This document shows positions 27,974-37,667 of a stretch of DNA of 53,235 nt, one piece after another. Source of the stretch: a virus (Duplodnaviria > Caudoviricetes). A program made the position numbers and the translations under genes. The stretch lies in the IMG/VR virus record IMGVR_UViG_3300008448_013349, positions 1 through 53,235 of that record; one strand, given 5' to 3'. Numbering within the stretch: position 1 is the stretch's first letter; every line of letters begins with the position of its first letter. Under the pieces are notes generated by a model, which was not told the origin of the DNA, ran no database searches, and was given only the letters and a program-made list of their open reading frames with translations.

Positions 27974-29638
27974 TTACTTGTATATTAAATAATTACCCAT
28001 GACTAATAAATCCATTTCGGTATCTCTGAAAGTATCTATTGCGTCTTTAGGTGTTAGAACCATGGTTTTATCTTTAATATTGAAAGATGTGTTTAATAAA
28101 ATAGGATATCCGCTTACTTTTTCAAATTCACATAACAAGTCATATATTATGGTGTTTTTGTATATTGTTTGCACCCTGGCGCTACCATCAACATGGGTTA
28201 CAGCGGGTAATTTATCGATGTATTCTTTTTTAACTTGAACCACTTGATTCATATATGGTACATCATCTGTTAAATCAAAATAAATGTGTTGTTTTTCTTT
28301 AATTACCATTGGCGCAAATGGTCTGAACCCTTCTCTTTTTTTAATTACTTTATTTATTTTATCTTTCATATTAGGTAACAGTGGACTAGCAAGTATAGAT
28401 CTATTACCGAGTGCTCTAGCACCAAATTCAATGTGCCCCCTATACCATCCAACAACCTTTCCTTTATGTATTAATCTGGCGACATTATCTATCAAACGTT
28501 TTTCTGATGTAAACTTAAAAAATTTTAATCCTTTTGTTTTTTTAATGTAATCATCATAAAAATAACTAGGGCCTAAAAAAGGATTTTTTGTAATTCTACT
28601 CTTTAGATTTTTATTTTTAACTAGATAGTGGATGCACGCCCCTATTGATGAGCCAGCATCTGATGGGGCCATTGGAATCCATAGATTATTAAAGTGTGTG
28701 TTTTTAACAACCTTTCCATTAGCAACCCCATTATAAGCACACCCACCAGATAAACATAAATTACCATTATCATTAATAATACCTATAGACTTTATAACCT
28801 CAAGAAATATTTCTTCGTAACGTTTTTGAATAGCGGCCGCTAAGTCCATGTGATTACCGGTTATTGTTTCATCCGGTGTTCTAGGATCAAGATCTAATAG
28901 TTTACTTAATTTATAGTTAAACATTGATTTTGTTGATCTGTCCCAAGTAAAAACATCCATATCACATATTAGTTTGGTGTTTTTAAAAGTAATAAGTTTT
29001 CTTACTTTTTCGATATAGGTGTTAGGATTACCATATGGGGCTAACCCCATGACTTTATATTCCCCTTCATTAGGTTTAAAGCCAAGGAATGACGTCATTG
29101 CAGAATAAAATAATCCTAATGAATGTGGGTATTCAGCTAAACTTATATAATCAATACCAACATTATCCGCTAATCCAATAGACATTGTATCAAATTCCCC
29201 CACGCCATCGATACACAAACACATTGCATTTTGAAAATTAGATGTGTAAAAAGAATAGTATTGATGCGATTTATGGTGTGTGGAATAAAATATATTTTTC
29301 GAATATTTGGTCAAAATTTTAGATAAAACTATTTTATTTTTAACCGATTCAAGATAAGAACCAATTGTATGTATTGGATTGTTTAAAAAATTTCTTTTTA
29401 AATTGTTAACAACTCTTTTGTGTTTTAAATCGGGGGACTCGTAATAGCAAACAGCTTCTATCTCATTTTCCTTTATTTTAAAGGTTTTTAAGATATATTC
29501 TATTGTTTTATATGGAAAGGATTTATCATGTTTTATACCAGTAAACTTCTCTTCTTCACACGCAAACACCAGCGCCCCATTTTTAAACAGACAAGCAGAT
29601 GAGTCGTGATAAAAAGCAGAAATTCCTAGTATATACAT
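27974..29638 (-). CDS. Carbamoyltransferase, CmcH/NodU family
   Basis: GISAFYHDSSA, HHKSH, IDGVGE, EGEYKVMGLAPYG, EFGARALGNRSILA, KKREGFRPFAP, HVDGSARVQT, LLNTSFN. Confidence 0.95.
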   Translation of the reverse strand: MYILGISAFYHDSSACLFKNGALVFACEEEKFTGIKHDKSFPYKTIEYILKTFKIKENEIEAVCYYESPDLKHKRVVNNLKRNFLNNPIHTIGSYLESVKNKIVLSKILTKYSKNIFYSTHHKSHQYYSFYTSNFQNAMCLCIDGVGEFDTMSIGLADNVGIDYISLAEYPHSLGLFYSAMTSFLGFKPNEGEYKVMGLAPYGNPNTYIEKVRKLITFKNTKLICDMDVFTWDRSTKSMFNYKLSKLLDLDPRTPDETITGNHMDLAAAIQKRYEEIFLEVIKSIGIINDNGNLCLSGGCAYNGVANGKVVKNTHFNNLWIPMAPSDAGSSIGACIHYLVKNKNLKSRITKNPFLGPSYFYDDYIKKTKGLKFFKFTSEKRLIDNVARLIHKGKVVGWYRGHIEFGARALGNRSILASPLLPNMKDKINKVIKKREGFRPFAPMVIKEKQHIYFDLTDDVPYMNQVVQVKKEYIDKLPAVTHVDGSARVQTIYKNTIIYDLLCEFEKVSGYPILLNTSFNIKDKTMVLTPKDAIDTFRDTEMDLLVMGNYLIYK

Positions 29639-30792
29639 TACATCAAATTATTTTTACCTCCATAATATATAGTATCAGGTTTATTTCTTTCTCGCCAAGG
29701 ATCTAAAATAACACTACCTTCTGGGAAGATGGTATCTTTATACACCCCCATATGACCCAATAGGTATATAGCTGGTCCGATTATTTGGTCATAAGAAAGG
29801 TTATAGTTCCATAAATAATCCCCTATTAATTTAGAATATGAACCGTCAACAAGGGATACCCCTGGCTTATAACTTTCCCCTAAAATAACTATGGGTAATG
29901 CGTGTTCATCAGAAAGGTCCATTAATTTTCTAGCAATATTAAACGCTTGTTTTTCTCTTGATTCAATAATACTATCAAACAAATCGTACCCTAATCCAAG
30001 GTCTTTTGCTAACCATCTTAATGCGATATTATCTCTTGGGTGGCAAGACCCACCATCTCCCATCCCTGCTTTCATATAAGCGGAACTGGTTATTCTTTTC
30101 GAGCTTCTTCCTAATGCCCCGGTAATGACATCAGTATTCATATTTCCATTTTTTTCAGCAACATCCATTATCATATTAACCAATGATAATTTTACTGATA
30201 TAAATGTGTTATAAAAAATTTTAATTGCTTCCGCATCGTCCCATGTTCCGATTTCGTATCTAACATTTTCAGTAGTAAAGGTTTTATAAAAATCAATAAG
30301 TAATTTAGCGTCCCCTGTATAATGCCCAGTCTCTGTGCCTATGATAACCATCTCTGGATTAATCATATCTTCTTTAACTGTTCCCATGGCTATTAGATAT
30401 GGGTTATAAATAAATCTAAAATTATTGATTAGAGGGATGAGCTCTTTTCTTGTGGTCCCAGGTAAAACTGTTGAAATTAAAACAACCAATTGTTGTTTTG
30501 TAGTGTATTCGTTTAACTCTTCTAAAATGTTTTTTACTATAGAGTAATCAAAATCTTTTGGCTCTAAATGTGATGTAGCTTTACTACCATCATAATCTGG
30601 GTGATGAGGTGTCGGAATAGCAATAAAGATAATTTCTTTATCTTCACATAGGTCCTTTAAATTATATTTGATTTCAAATTTCGTGTGGAATATAGGTTTA
30701 ATATCATAACCATGCACTTCGTGCCCAGCTTCGCTCATGACTTCAGCGGCCTCTTTACCCAATTTTCCCAAACCTATAAAACCTATTTTCAT
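29638..30792 (-). CDS. UDP-glucose/GDP-mannose dehydrogenase family protein
   Basis: GLGKLG Rossmann motif, IAIPTP, STVLPGTT, YNP, AEAIKIFYN, GGSCHPRD. Confidence 0.9.
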   Translation of the reverse strand: MKIGFIGLGKLGKEAAEVMSEAGHEVHGYDIKPIFHTKFEIKYNLKDLCEDKEIIFIAIPTPHHPDYDGSKATSHLEPKDFDYSIVKNILEELNEYTTKQQLVVLISTVLPGTTRKELIPLINNFRFIYNPYLIAMGTVKEDMINPEMVIIGTETGHYTGDAKLLIDFYKTFTTENVRYEIGTWDDAEAIKIFYNTFISVKLSLVNMIMDVAEKNGNMNTDVITGALGRSSKRITSSAYMKAGMGDGGSCHPRDNIALRWLAKDLGLGYDLFDSIIESREKQAFNIARKLMDLSDEHALPIVILGESYKPGVSLVDGSYSKLIGDYLWNYNLSYDQIIGPAIYLLGHMGVYKDTIFPEGSVILDPWRERNKPDTIYYGGKNNLM

Positions 30793-31547
30793 ATTAGTTT
30801 TTTGTTAAAAAATTTTTTAAAAACAATATCTGCCCAATATTTTTGACCATCCTCACCCCAGTGAGCAAACTCAACATGGGATGGCATTGGTATTTGAGAT
30901 ATTTTACTCATGTGTTCCCAGAAAGTATCCATCTCTTCTTTAAATCCAATGTATCTATTATCTGGAATTTTTTCACATACATAATCATATAGGGCCATAT
31001 AATCATAATATAAAGTATGTGTATTATCTAGCCACTCTTTTTTTAATGGGGCTGTCATTCCATTAATATAATAGTATTTGATTTTGTTATTTTCCAAAAA
31101 CTCAGTAAAGTTAATCATCATCGTTAAAAACTCAAAAGAACTAAATAAAGAATCATGAAAATCTACAATACTTTGTCCTAATCTCACAATTTCTTTACTC
31201 ATTTGAGTTCTAATATATTCTGGTTTACATAATGGATTTACATCATCTAAAATATTTGTATCATGAAAATAGACCTCTTTCCTATCAAATCCAGACCACA
31301 TTATCATTATAGCCACATCTTCTGGTTTATATTTCTTTTTTATTAAAACATTTTTAATTATCCAACTTTGTGTTGTTCTAATTATTCTTTGATTACTCGA
31401 TCCGGCTTTTGCTATATTAAGATGTTCGCAACCCAATCTATCTGCAACAAATTTTGGCCAAGCTTTTTCATAACAGGTTGGTTGATTTTTATATTCTATT
31501 TCGGCCCCTGCTGTATGACTACATCCGTTTACTAATAATAATTTCAT
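30789..31547 (-). CDS. SGNH-like phage protein
   Basis: LLVNGCSHTAG, NIAKAGSSNQRI, IMWSGFDR, HWGEDG. Confidence 0.55.
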   Translation of the reverse strand: MKLLLVNGCSHTAGAEIEYKNQPTCYEKAWPKFVADRLGCEHLNIAKAGSSNQRIIRTTQSWIIKNVLIKKKYKPEDVAIMIMWSGFDRKEVYFHDTNILDDVNPLCKPEYIRTQMSKEIVRLGQSIVDFHDSLFSSFEFLTMMINFTEFLENNKIKYYYINGMTAPLKKEWLDNTHTLYYDYMALYDYVCEKIPDNRYIGFKEEMDTFWEHMSKISQIPMPSHVEFAHWGEDGQKYWADIVFKKFFNKKLI

Positions 31548-34500
31548 ATTAATTTGTTGTTACTAATTGGTATTGATATTTTTTTACTTTTATTTCTGTA
31601 TTGCTCGTGTATTGTTTCTTCAACATAATCTTCGTTTGTTTCCCAGTCTTTAATGTTACCTGAAAAACTAAATGTATCTGAAAAACTCATATCGCCATGC
31701 GTGTTCTCTCTCTCCCATTTGTATACACTTTCAATTTTAGGTGTCATCCCAAAATGTTTGAGTTGATGTCTAATATTATAGTTATAGTTACCAAAATTAT
31801 CAATATCAAATTCAACGACGGCCTCATAATTAACAGAAATACTACCCCAAGATGTGATATCTTTATTTGGATCAAAGATTACCTTTAATTTAAATCCTCT
31901 AAAAATTTTATATAGTCCATAAAAAATTGGTAGGAATTCGTTAGCAACGTTAGTACTCAAAAAAGACGTAGATTTGTCTTCGGTTATTAATGTGAAATTA
32001 ATATTACCTTGCTGAGGCATGTACTCATCGATATTCATATTTTGTGTTTTAAAAACATATGAATCGTATATATCATGATGTCTTTGTGGATTATCGATAA
32101 CACTACCCGCATAGTCTTTTAAAATTTCTAACCATATGTGAAACAGTTTTATTCTAATAAATCTATTTAATTGAGTATTTTTATATCCGTGTGTATACCA
32201 GTTACCTAGAAATTGATTATCCCAAACTCTTTCTTTCCATGCGATTCCATATATATCAAATCGTTCTTGTAAATCACTCAAAACACTAGGACCACAACCC
32301 ATACCCGGACTTAGTTGATGAATATATTTTCTAACATTATAAATTAGAATATTACTATGATAGTAGTCAATATATTTTTCGGTTGGGAACCCAATCAGCC
32401 AATTAACGTGAGTCCAAATTTTATTTGTTGTATATGTGTCGCGTAAATTGTTTTCTATCTCCCAGATTTCGATTTTTTTCCTCATATCGTTAAGGACCTT
32501 CTGACTTCCGGATTCTACCCCATAACTTAAAGCGGTGCACCCTGAATCGGCAACCTTTTGAATAAAGTCTCTACTCATTCTACCATCGCAGCGACTATAA
32601 CTATTCCAACCAATTTCAAGTTTATTTTCAATAATTAAATCCACTAACTTCTCAAAGTTCTTTAAATTACCATTCACAAGACTATCAACAAACCAAAATC
32701 TTTTAACACCGTAGTTGTCAATTTGATATTTCATCTCCTCGATAACTCTTTCTGGTGTCATAGATCTAAATCTCCAGAAATAAGTTTCTGCACAAAAACT
32801 ACATTGTGCGACACATCCTCTTGATGTTTCAATACTAACACCATCTCTATGTAAGTATGAATCCAAATCATAGTCTGAGAAATCAGCATACGGTTTTTCA
32901 TCTAAATTAATTTTACTATTAGTGTCACCAATAAAAATACCATCAATTGGTAAAGGTTTTCTATGAGTTTGATCATTTAGGAATTTAACAAAACTATCTT
33001 CGGCTTCACCCTTGAAAAAATAACTAACATATTTTGAAAATTGTTGACTTAATAACCATGACTCAGTTGCAACAGCTGGCCCACCTAAAACAATTGGTAT
33101 GCTTGGTGCTTTTTCTTTTATTTTTTTAACTAAAAGTAAAGTTGCTTGGCTGTTTGTTGTATACATACTGAACCCAACTAATGTAGGATTGTCTGCAATT
33201 ATTTTTTCTGCAGCTTTATCAATGTATGGTTCGATTTCTTTTAATAAATAATTGTTAAAAAACCACGAGTCTTCCCAGTAGAAGAATTTTTCTGATCTCC
33301 AATAATCTTCTCCTGTACGCTCCATTAAATTATGATATAGCTGAACATTTAAATCATATACTTTACAAGAGAATCCTTCGTGTCTAAGAACACCAACAAT
33401 TTTAGAAAGCCCATATGGTGGGAAAATTACCCCCCAACTAGGACATATCGCCATCACTATTCGTTCTCTACCTGGATTAAAATCTTTAAGTGCTACAGGT
33501 TCATCAAAGTTTTGATATTTTAAAATACCAGTTGGCCCACCAAGATGTGCTGATGCATGATTCATTGGGATTTGTCTAGTGCTTCCTGAATCCCTTTCTA
33601 AAATATGTTTTAATATTAATTGATCTCTATCGCCACTAATATTACTTAGTTGTTCTTTAATTTCAGAATCTAAGATAAGTTCATCAACATACTTACACTC
33701 TGGGTTAAAACCAACAAGAACAGTGTTGTTTGGTAAAGAGTCTTTTAGTTCGTCATAATATTTTACAACATTTTTAAGTCCAATAAATGCATTGGTGTAG
33801 TCTGTTGAAAATATATTTGATACACTAAGGTAGTTACTTTTACCGTCTAACTCATTTATGAGTAATGACGGATTGTTAAATAGATCTACATTAATTAACT
33901 TTAAATTCAACTCTTTAAATCTTCTTATTAGTTCATGGAAATTTTCTTCCCCGCCGAAATATTCAAAAGTTCTGTTTAGACTATCTAAAAAATTATTTGT
34001 AAAGTTTCCGTCCATTCCGAAAACTTTTTGACCCATACCTAAGAAATGAAAGTTGTTATTAAATTCAAATTCTTTGATACTTTTCTTTATATTTTGATCT
34101 GAATTTTCAAGAAAGAAAGATATCCAATTTAAGCTCTTAGGATTAAAATCGTATATAACAACTTTACCATTGTCTCTTAAGAAATTGTTCTTAAGGATAT
34201 CTAGAAATTTAAAACCACCTGCTGGTAACGCAATGACGTCAAATTTAGTTTCTTTATGAAGATAGGTTAATAACATATCTTCGGAATTTAAAACCCATAT
34301 TTGGTTTTTTACTGAGAATTGGCTTTGTAGAAGTTTTACTTGATTGACATTAAGTGTTGTATCCACTTCGCCTGTCTTTAAACAATCTAAAAACTTCTGG
34401 CTATCAGACTCTGGATAGTAATATGTTCTTTTGTTTCTTATCCCCTGGTTCCAATTGATAATATCAAAACCATTTTTTAAAGCTTCGTTTATAAAATTCC

Positions 34501-35047
34501 ACCCTTGTTTTTGGTGGAATCTATTTTCGATTAATCCTGTATTTTTAATCCATAGTGGTGTGTAATCATCATGAAAATTTTCAACACTTCTTTCAATAAC
34601 AACCAAATCATCATTCTTACCTTCCCAACCACCATAAAATGGTTTACCAGCTTTTACCCAATTTTTTGTATTAACTAAAACAAATTGGTGATGTAATTCA
34701 TACCAATTTTCCTTCCATTCCAATATATGACCGGCGGCCATATAATTAGGGGTGTTGAGTATTTCTTTCTCGATATCAAATATTATACTACTATCAAATA
34801 TTCTAACACCAGCGGCCATAAATAATATGTGATCATATTTTTCATGGTTGTTGCTTAATGCGTCGTCTATTGAATTTTCTATAAAAATAGGAATGGAATT
34901 ATTACTGATTTCATTTATTCTATACGCATAGAATTTAGTAAAATCAATCATTCTTTCACTCAACTCATCATTGTGTAATGTGTCTGCATGGAATATACAA
35001 ATCGATAGATTAATATTATTGGAAAAGCTATCATTAATTTTGTCCAT
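31544..35047 (-). CDS. Cobalamin-binding (class B) radical SAM protein fused to a ~470-aa unknown N-terminal region
   Basis: PPYGLSKIVGVLR..KVYDLN, LVGFS, VLGGP, GEAE; ETSRGCVAQCSFC; YGVESGSQKVLNDMRK; NWLIGFPTE. Confidence 0.9.
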   Translation of the reverse strand: MDKINDSFSNNINLSICIFHADTLHNDELSERMIDFTKFYAYRINEISNNSIPIFIENSIDDALSNNHEKYDHILFMAAGVRIFDSSIIFDIEKEILNTPNYMAAGHILEWKENWYELHHQFVLVNTKNWVKAGKPFYGGWEGKNDDLVVIERSVENFHDDYTPLWIKNTGLIENRFHQKQGWNFINEALKNGFDIINWNQGIRNKRTYYYPESDSQKFLDCLKTGEVDTTLNVNQVKLLQSQFSVKNQIWVLNSEDMLLTYLHKETKFDVIALPAGGFKFLDILKNNFLRDNGKVVIYDFNPKSLNWISFFLENSDQNIKKSIKEFEFNNNFHFLGMGQKVFGMDGNFTNNFLDSLNRTFEYFGGEENFHELIRRFKELNLKLINVDLFNNPSLLINELDGKSNYLSVSNIFSTDYTNAFIGLKNVVKYYDELKDSLPNNTVLVGFNPECKYVDELILDSEIKEQLSNISGDRDQLILKHILERDSGSTRQIPMNHASAHLGGPTGILKYQNFDEPVALKDFNPGRERIVMAICPSWGVIFPPYGLSKIVGVLRHEGFSCKVYDLNVQLYHNLMERTGEDYWRSEKFFYWEDSWFFNNYLLKEIEPYIDKAAEKIIADNPTLVGFSMYTTNSQATLLLVKKIKEKAPSIPIVLGGPAVATESWLLSQQFSKYVSYFFKGEAEDSFVKFLNDQTHRKPLPIDGIFIGDTNSKINLDEKPYADFSDYDLDSYLHRDGVSIETSRGCVAQCSFCAETYFWRFRSMTPERVIEEMKYQIDNYGVKRFWFVDSLVNGNLKNFEKLVDLIIENKLEIGWNSYSRCDGRMSRDFIQKVADSGCTALSYGVESGSQKVLNDMRKKIEIWEIENNLRDTYTTNKIWTHVNWLIGFPTEKYIDYYHSNILIYNVRKYIHQLSPGMGCGPSVLSDLQERFDIYGIAWKERVWDNQFLGNWYTHGYKNTQLNRFIRIKLFHIWLEILKDYAGSVIDNPQRHHDIYDSYVFKTQNMNIDEYMPQQGNINFTLITEDKSTSFLSTNVANEFLPIFYGLYKIFRGFKLKVIFDPNKDITSWGSISVNYEAVVEFDIDNFGNYNYNIRHQLKHFGMTPKIESVYKWERENTHGDMSFSDTFSFSGNIKDWETNEDYVEETIHEQYRNKSKKISIPISNNKLI

Positions 35048-35720
35048 ATAAAGAATAGGTCTGTGATATTGATTTTTGAATTAATTCAGGGTTTATGTGT
35101 CCATGCACTATTAAATGATATCTATCTTCGTTTGAGTTATTCCAAACAGAATGTTCTCTACCTAAATCTAAGAATACACCTCTACCTTGTTTAAATGGTA
35201 CAATACCATCATTTTTAAACGCAAATTAGCAACCTTCTGGATTGTTAATTGCAATATTAAATGGACCAAATATTCTACCTTTACCATCTGTATGGGGCAT
35301 TATATAACCGCCGGCTTCCAATTTCATTATTCTAACCCTTCCATAATGTAGATACTCTAAGGATTTAACAAAAGATGTAAGTGTTGGTAAATGTTCACAC
35401 ACCTCAGTCCAATGATAGTTGGCTTCTTCTTCTGATGTAAAACCATACCTATCATAATTCTCTGTTTTATGGGGGTCAATACCATGAAGTGTTACTGCGT
35501 TCCATCCTTCATGAAAATAAGAATTAAGTTTATCTTTATCTCTATGTTTTATGAAGAATGTATTTTCTAATTGTTTAATTTCTTCATGCATCTTTTCAAA
35601 ATCAGCATCAAAATCAATAACAGAATATGGCCATTCACACGCAGAATCAAAAATGTTTTCTGGTATGTTTTTGGGTGTCCATTTATTAGAAGATACCTGA
35701 TCAAAAAACTCTTTTATCAT
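35034..35720 (-). pseudogene. Aspartyl/asparaginyl beta-hydroxylase-like 2OG-Fe(II) oxygenase interrupted by an in-frame TAA at 35226-35228
   Basis: RVRIMKLEAGGYIMPHTD before the stop; same frame continues FAFKNDGIVPFKQGRGVFLDLGREHSVWNNSNEDRYHLIVHG...GQN* to 35034. Confidence 0.8.
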
Positions 35721-35721
35721 A

Positions 35722-36693
35722 CTATTTTATAAATTTTGCCAATTCTGGTTTTCTTTTACTTATTAAAACATCTGTTGCACAATGACAAATGTGCCAAGGG
35801 CACTTTATTGGTTCTTTCGGCCAATTTATTTTATCTAATTCATTAATGTTACCAACGTAAAAACCTAAACAATTACCTCGTTTTATTCCTCCATCAGCAA
35901 AAATGAAAAAAGATTCTAAACCAATATCACACTCCCAACCGAAAAAATCACTAAGTCCTTCATTGATATAATCTACAGCATCACCATTAGCATCAATTGT
36001 ACCATTTTCTAAAATAAAGTTAGATCCAATTTTAGCTGATTCTTTTACTGTTGGTTTAATTGTCATTGTATCAACCCTTGTATCCCCTTTAAACCATTCT
36101 AATTGTTCGTTAGTATAATTTAAGGTTTCTCTATCTTCTTGTTGCCAATCTAAAATTCTTACTGCCTCCATGTTGAAATACTGCATTAGCTCATGGTTTT
36201 TTGTATTATTAAACATTTCAACAGCATGATCCCAATGCTTAGGATCCATCATAATTCTTAATGAACAGTGGCAATTATCAACCGCTGCTTCTATTTTCTC
36301 TAGCACTTTATTTCTATCCCCATATTGTGGATGGTATGAAAAGACGATATAGTTTACATATTTTGATAGTTCTTTGTAATATTCAACATTTCTAGTACCG
36401 TTTGATGTTAAACCAACAGTACTTCCCTTCTCGTGAATCATTTTACATAAATTAAGAAGGAATGGTGACATTGTTGGTTCACCCCCAGCTATTGATACAT
36501 GTATCTTTGGATACCGTTTGAAGATTTCTTCAAAAAATAATTTAACCGCATCCCATTCATAACCGTGGTTAGTTCCAGAGTGTAAATCTGGTACACAATA
36601 ATTACATTTATTTGAACATATTGTGTTTATAACCCAAGTTATCTGAAGGACATCTGGGAAATTATTTACTACTTCTTTTATAGGTACTCTCAT
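35722..36693 (-). CDS. Radical SAM protein with C-terminal twitch-like Cys cluster
   Basis: CSNKCNYC, AGGEPT, TSNG, SYHP; WECDIG...GNC...CPWHICHC. Confidence 0.9.
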   Translation of the reverse strand: MRVPIKEVVNNFPDVLQITWVINTICSNKCNYCVPDLHSGTNHGYEWDAVKLFFEEIFKRYPKIHVSIAGGEPTMSPFLLNLCKMIHEKGSTVGLTSNGTRNVEYYKELSKYVNYIVFSYHPQYGDRNKVLEKIEAAVDNCHCSLRIMMDPKHWDHAVEMFNNTKNHELMQYFNMEAVRILDWQQEDRETLNYTNEQLEWFKGDTRVDTMTIKPTVKESAKIGSNFILENGTIDANGDAVDYINEGLSDFFGWECDIGLESFFIFADGGIKRGNCLGFYVGNINELDKINWPKEPIKCPWHICHCATDVLISKRKPELAKFIK

Positions 36694-37667
36694 TAATCAA
36701 AAATTTCAATTCTTTCGATGCCATTAACTTGTGTGAAAACTTCTCTGTTCCATCTTGTTTTACAACTTTCGTCACCTAGAGCCCAAGCAACAGATGGACC
36801 TGATGGTGTAAACCATTTTGCAATATCTGGTTCAATTTCTTTCATACTATCGTCAATGATAATTCTTCCTAATTTATATCTACCTAAAGATAATTTATGC
36901 ATATTATCAATTGGAACCTTAGCTTGAACATCTGGTGCCAACGTTGTATACCATTCATAAAAACTCTCTCTAATAGTGTTTGTCATATCTGGGCCAAAAT
37001 TCATCCATGTTTCTGGCGCAAATCTAATTTGCGGTCTAACCTCATCACGTGCAATTACCTCCCAATCATTTTCTGGAGCAATTGATAAATAATCCTTTCC
37101 TAATGTATTATAACCACAATAAAGCCCACCCCATTCAAATCTATCTTCTAAAAACAGTTTGTCAACTTCTGTTACTGGTTCATGTAATCCGGCTGGTAAG
37201 AAATCATAAAGACAACTGAAATTTGGGAATTTATGATGTGATCCATGAATTGCTGTTTCAATCATATGGATAAACTCATTTAATGCTAAAAACTTTTCAT
37301 GAAGTTCTTTAGACCATTTCTCAGCTTTTTGAAGTTCCACAATTCTGTCACCATAAACTTCAAACTCTTCATGCAAGTAATTTAAAATAGCGTTATCCAA
37401 TTCTTTAAAGTCAGTAAATGTAGGTAAAACTTTATCATAATTAGCATTTATGAACACAAGAACGTTGTTAATTTGCTCCATCAAATAACCAATATTGTTA
37501 AATTCATTATTTGTGATTCTTGCTTTTATTTCCATTTTATTTCCTAATGACTGCTTTGTCATTTCTATCCATCTATCCACCACTGGATTATTATTGTATA
37601 GATTGTAATGAATGGGTAATAAACCACCGTCTTTTTTAGTCATAACGACTTTTAATACTCGTGCCAT
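36693..37667 (-). CDS. Hypothetical protein within the radical SAM array
   Basis: 324-aa ORF coupled to both neighbours; LNYLHEEFE, LNEFIHMIE and GYNTLGKD motifs. Confidence 0.7.
   Translation of the reverse strand: MARVLKVVMTKKDGGLLPIHYNLYNNNPVVDRWIEMTKQSLGNKMEIKARITNNEFNNIGYLMEQINNVLVFINANYDKVLPTFTDFKELDNAILNYLHEEFEVYGDRIVELQKAEKWSKELHEKFLALNEFIHMIETAIHGSHHKFPNFSCLYDFLPAGLHEPVTEVDKLFLEDRFEWGGLYCGYNTLGKDYLSIAPENDWEVIARDEVRPQIRFAPETWMNFGPDMTNTIRESFYEWYTTLAPDVQAKVPIDNMHKLSLGRYKLGRIIIDDSMKEIEPDIAKWFTPSGPSVAWALGDESCKTRWNREVFTQVNGIERIEIFD

Noticed and set aside
35226-35228. Stop-codon reassignment or alternative genetic code
   Set aside because: TAA, TAG and TGA all end genes here at sensible positions with tight packing; only one internal stop was seen, and it is TAA, the commonest stop.
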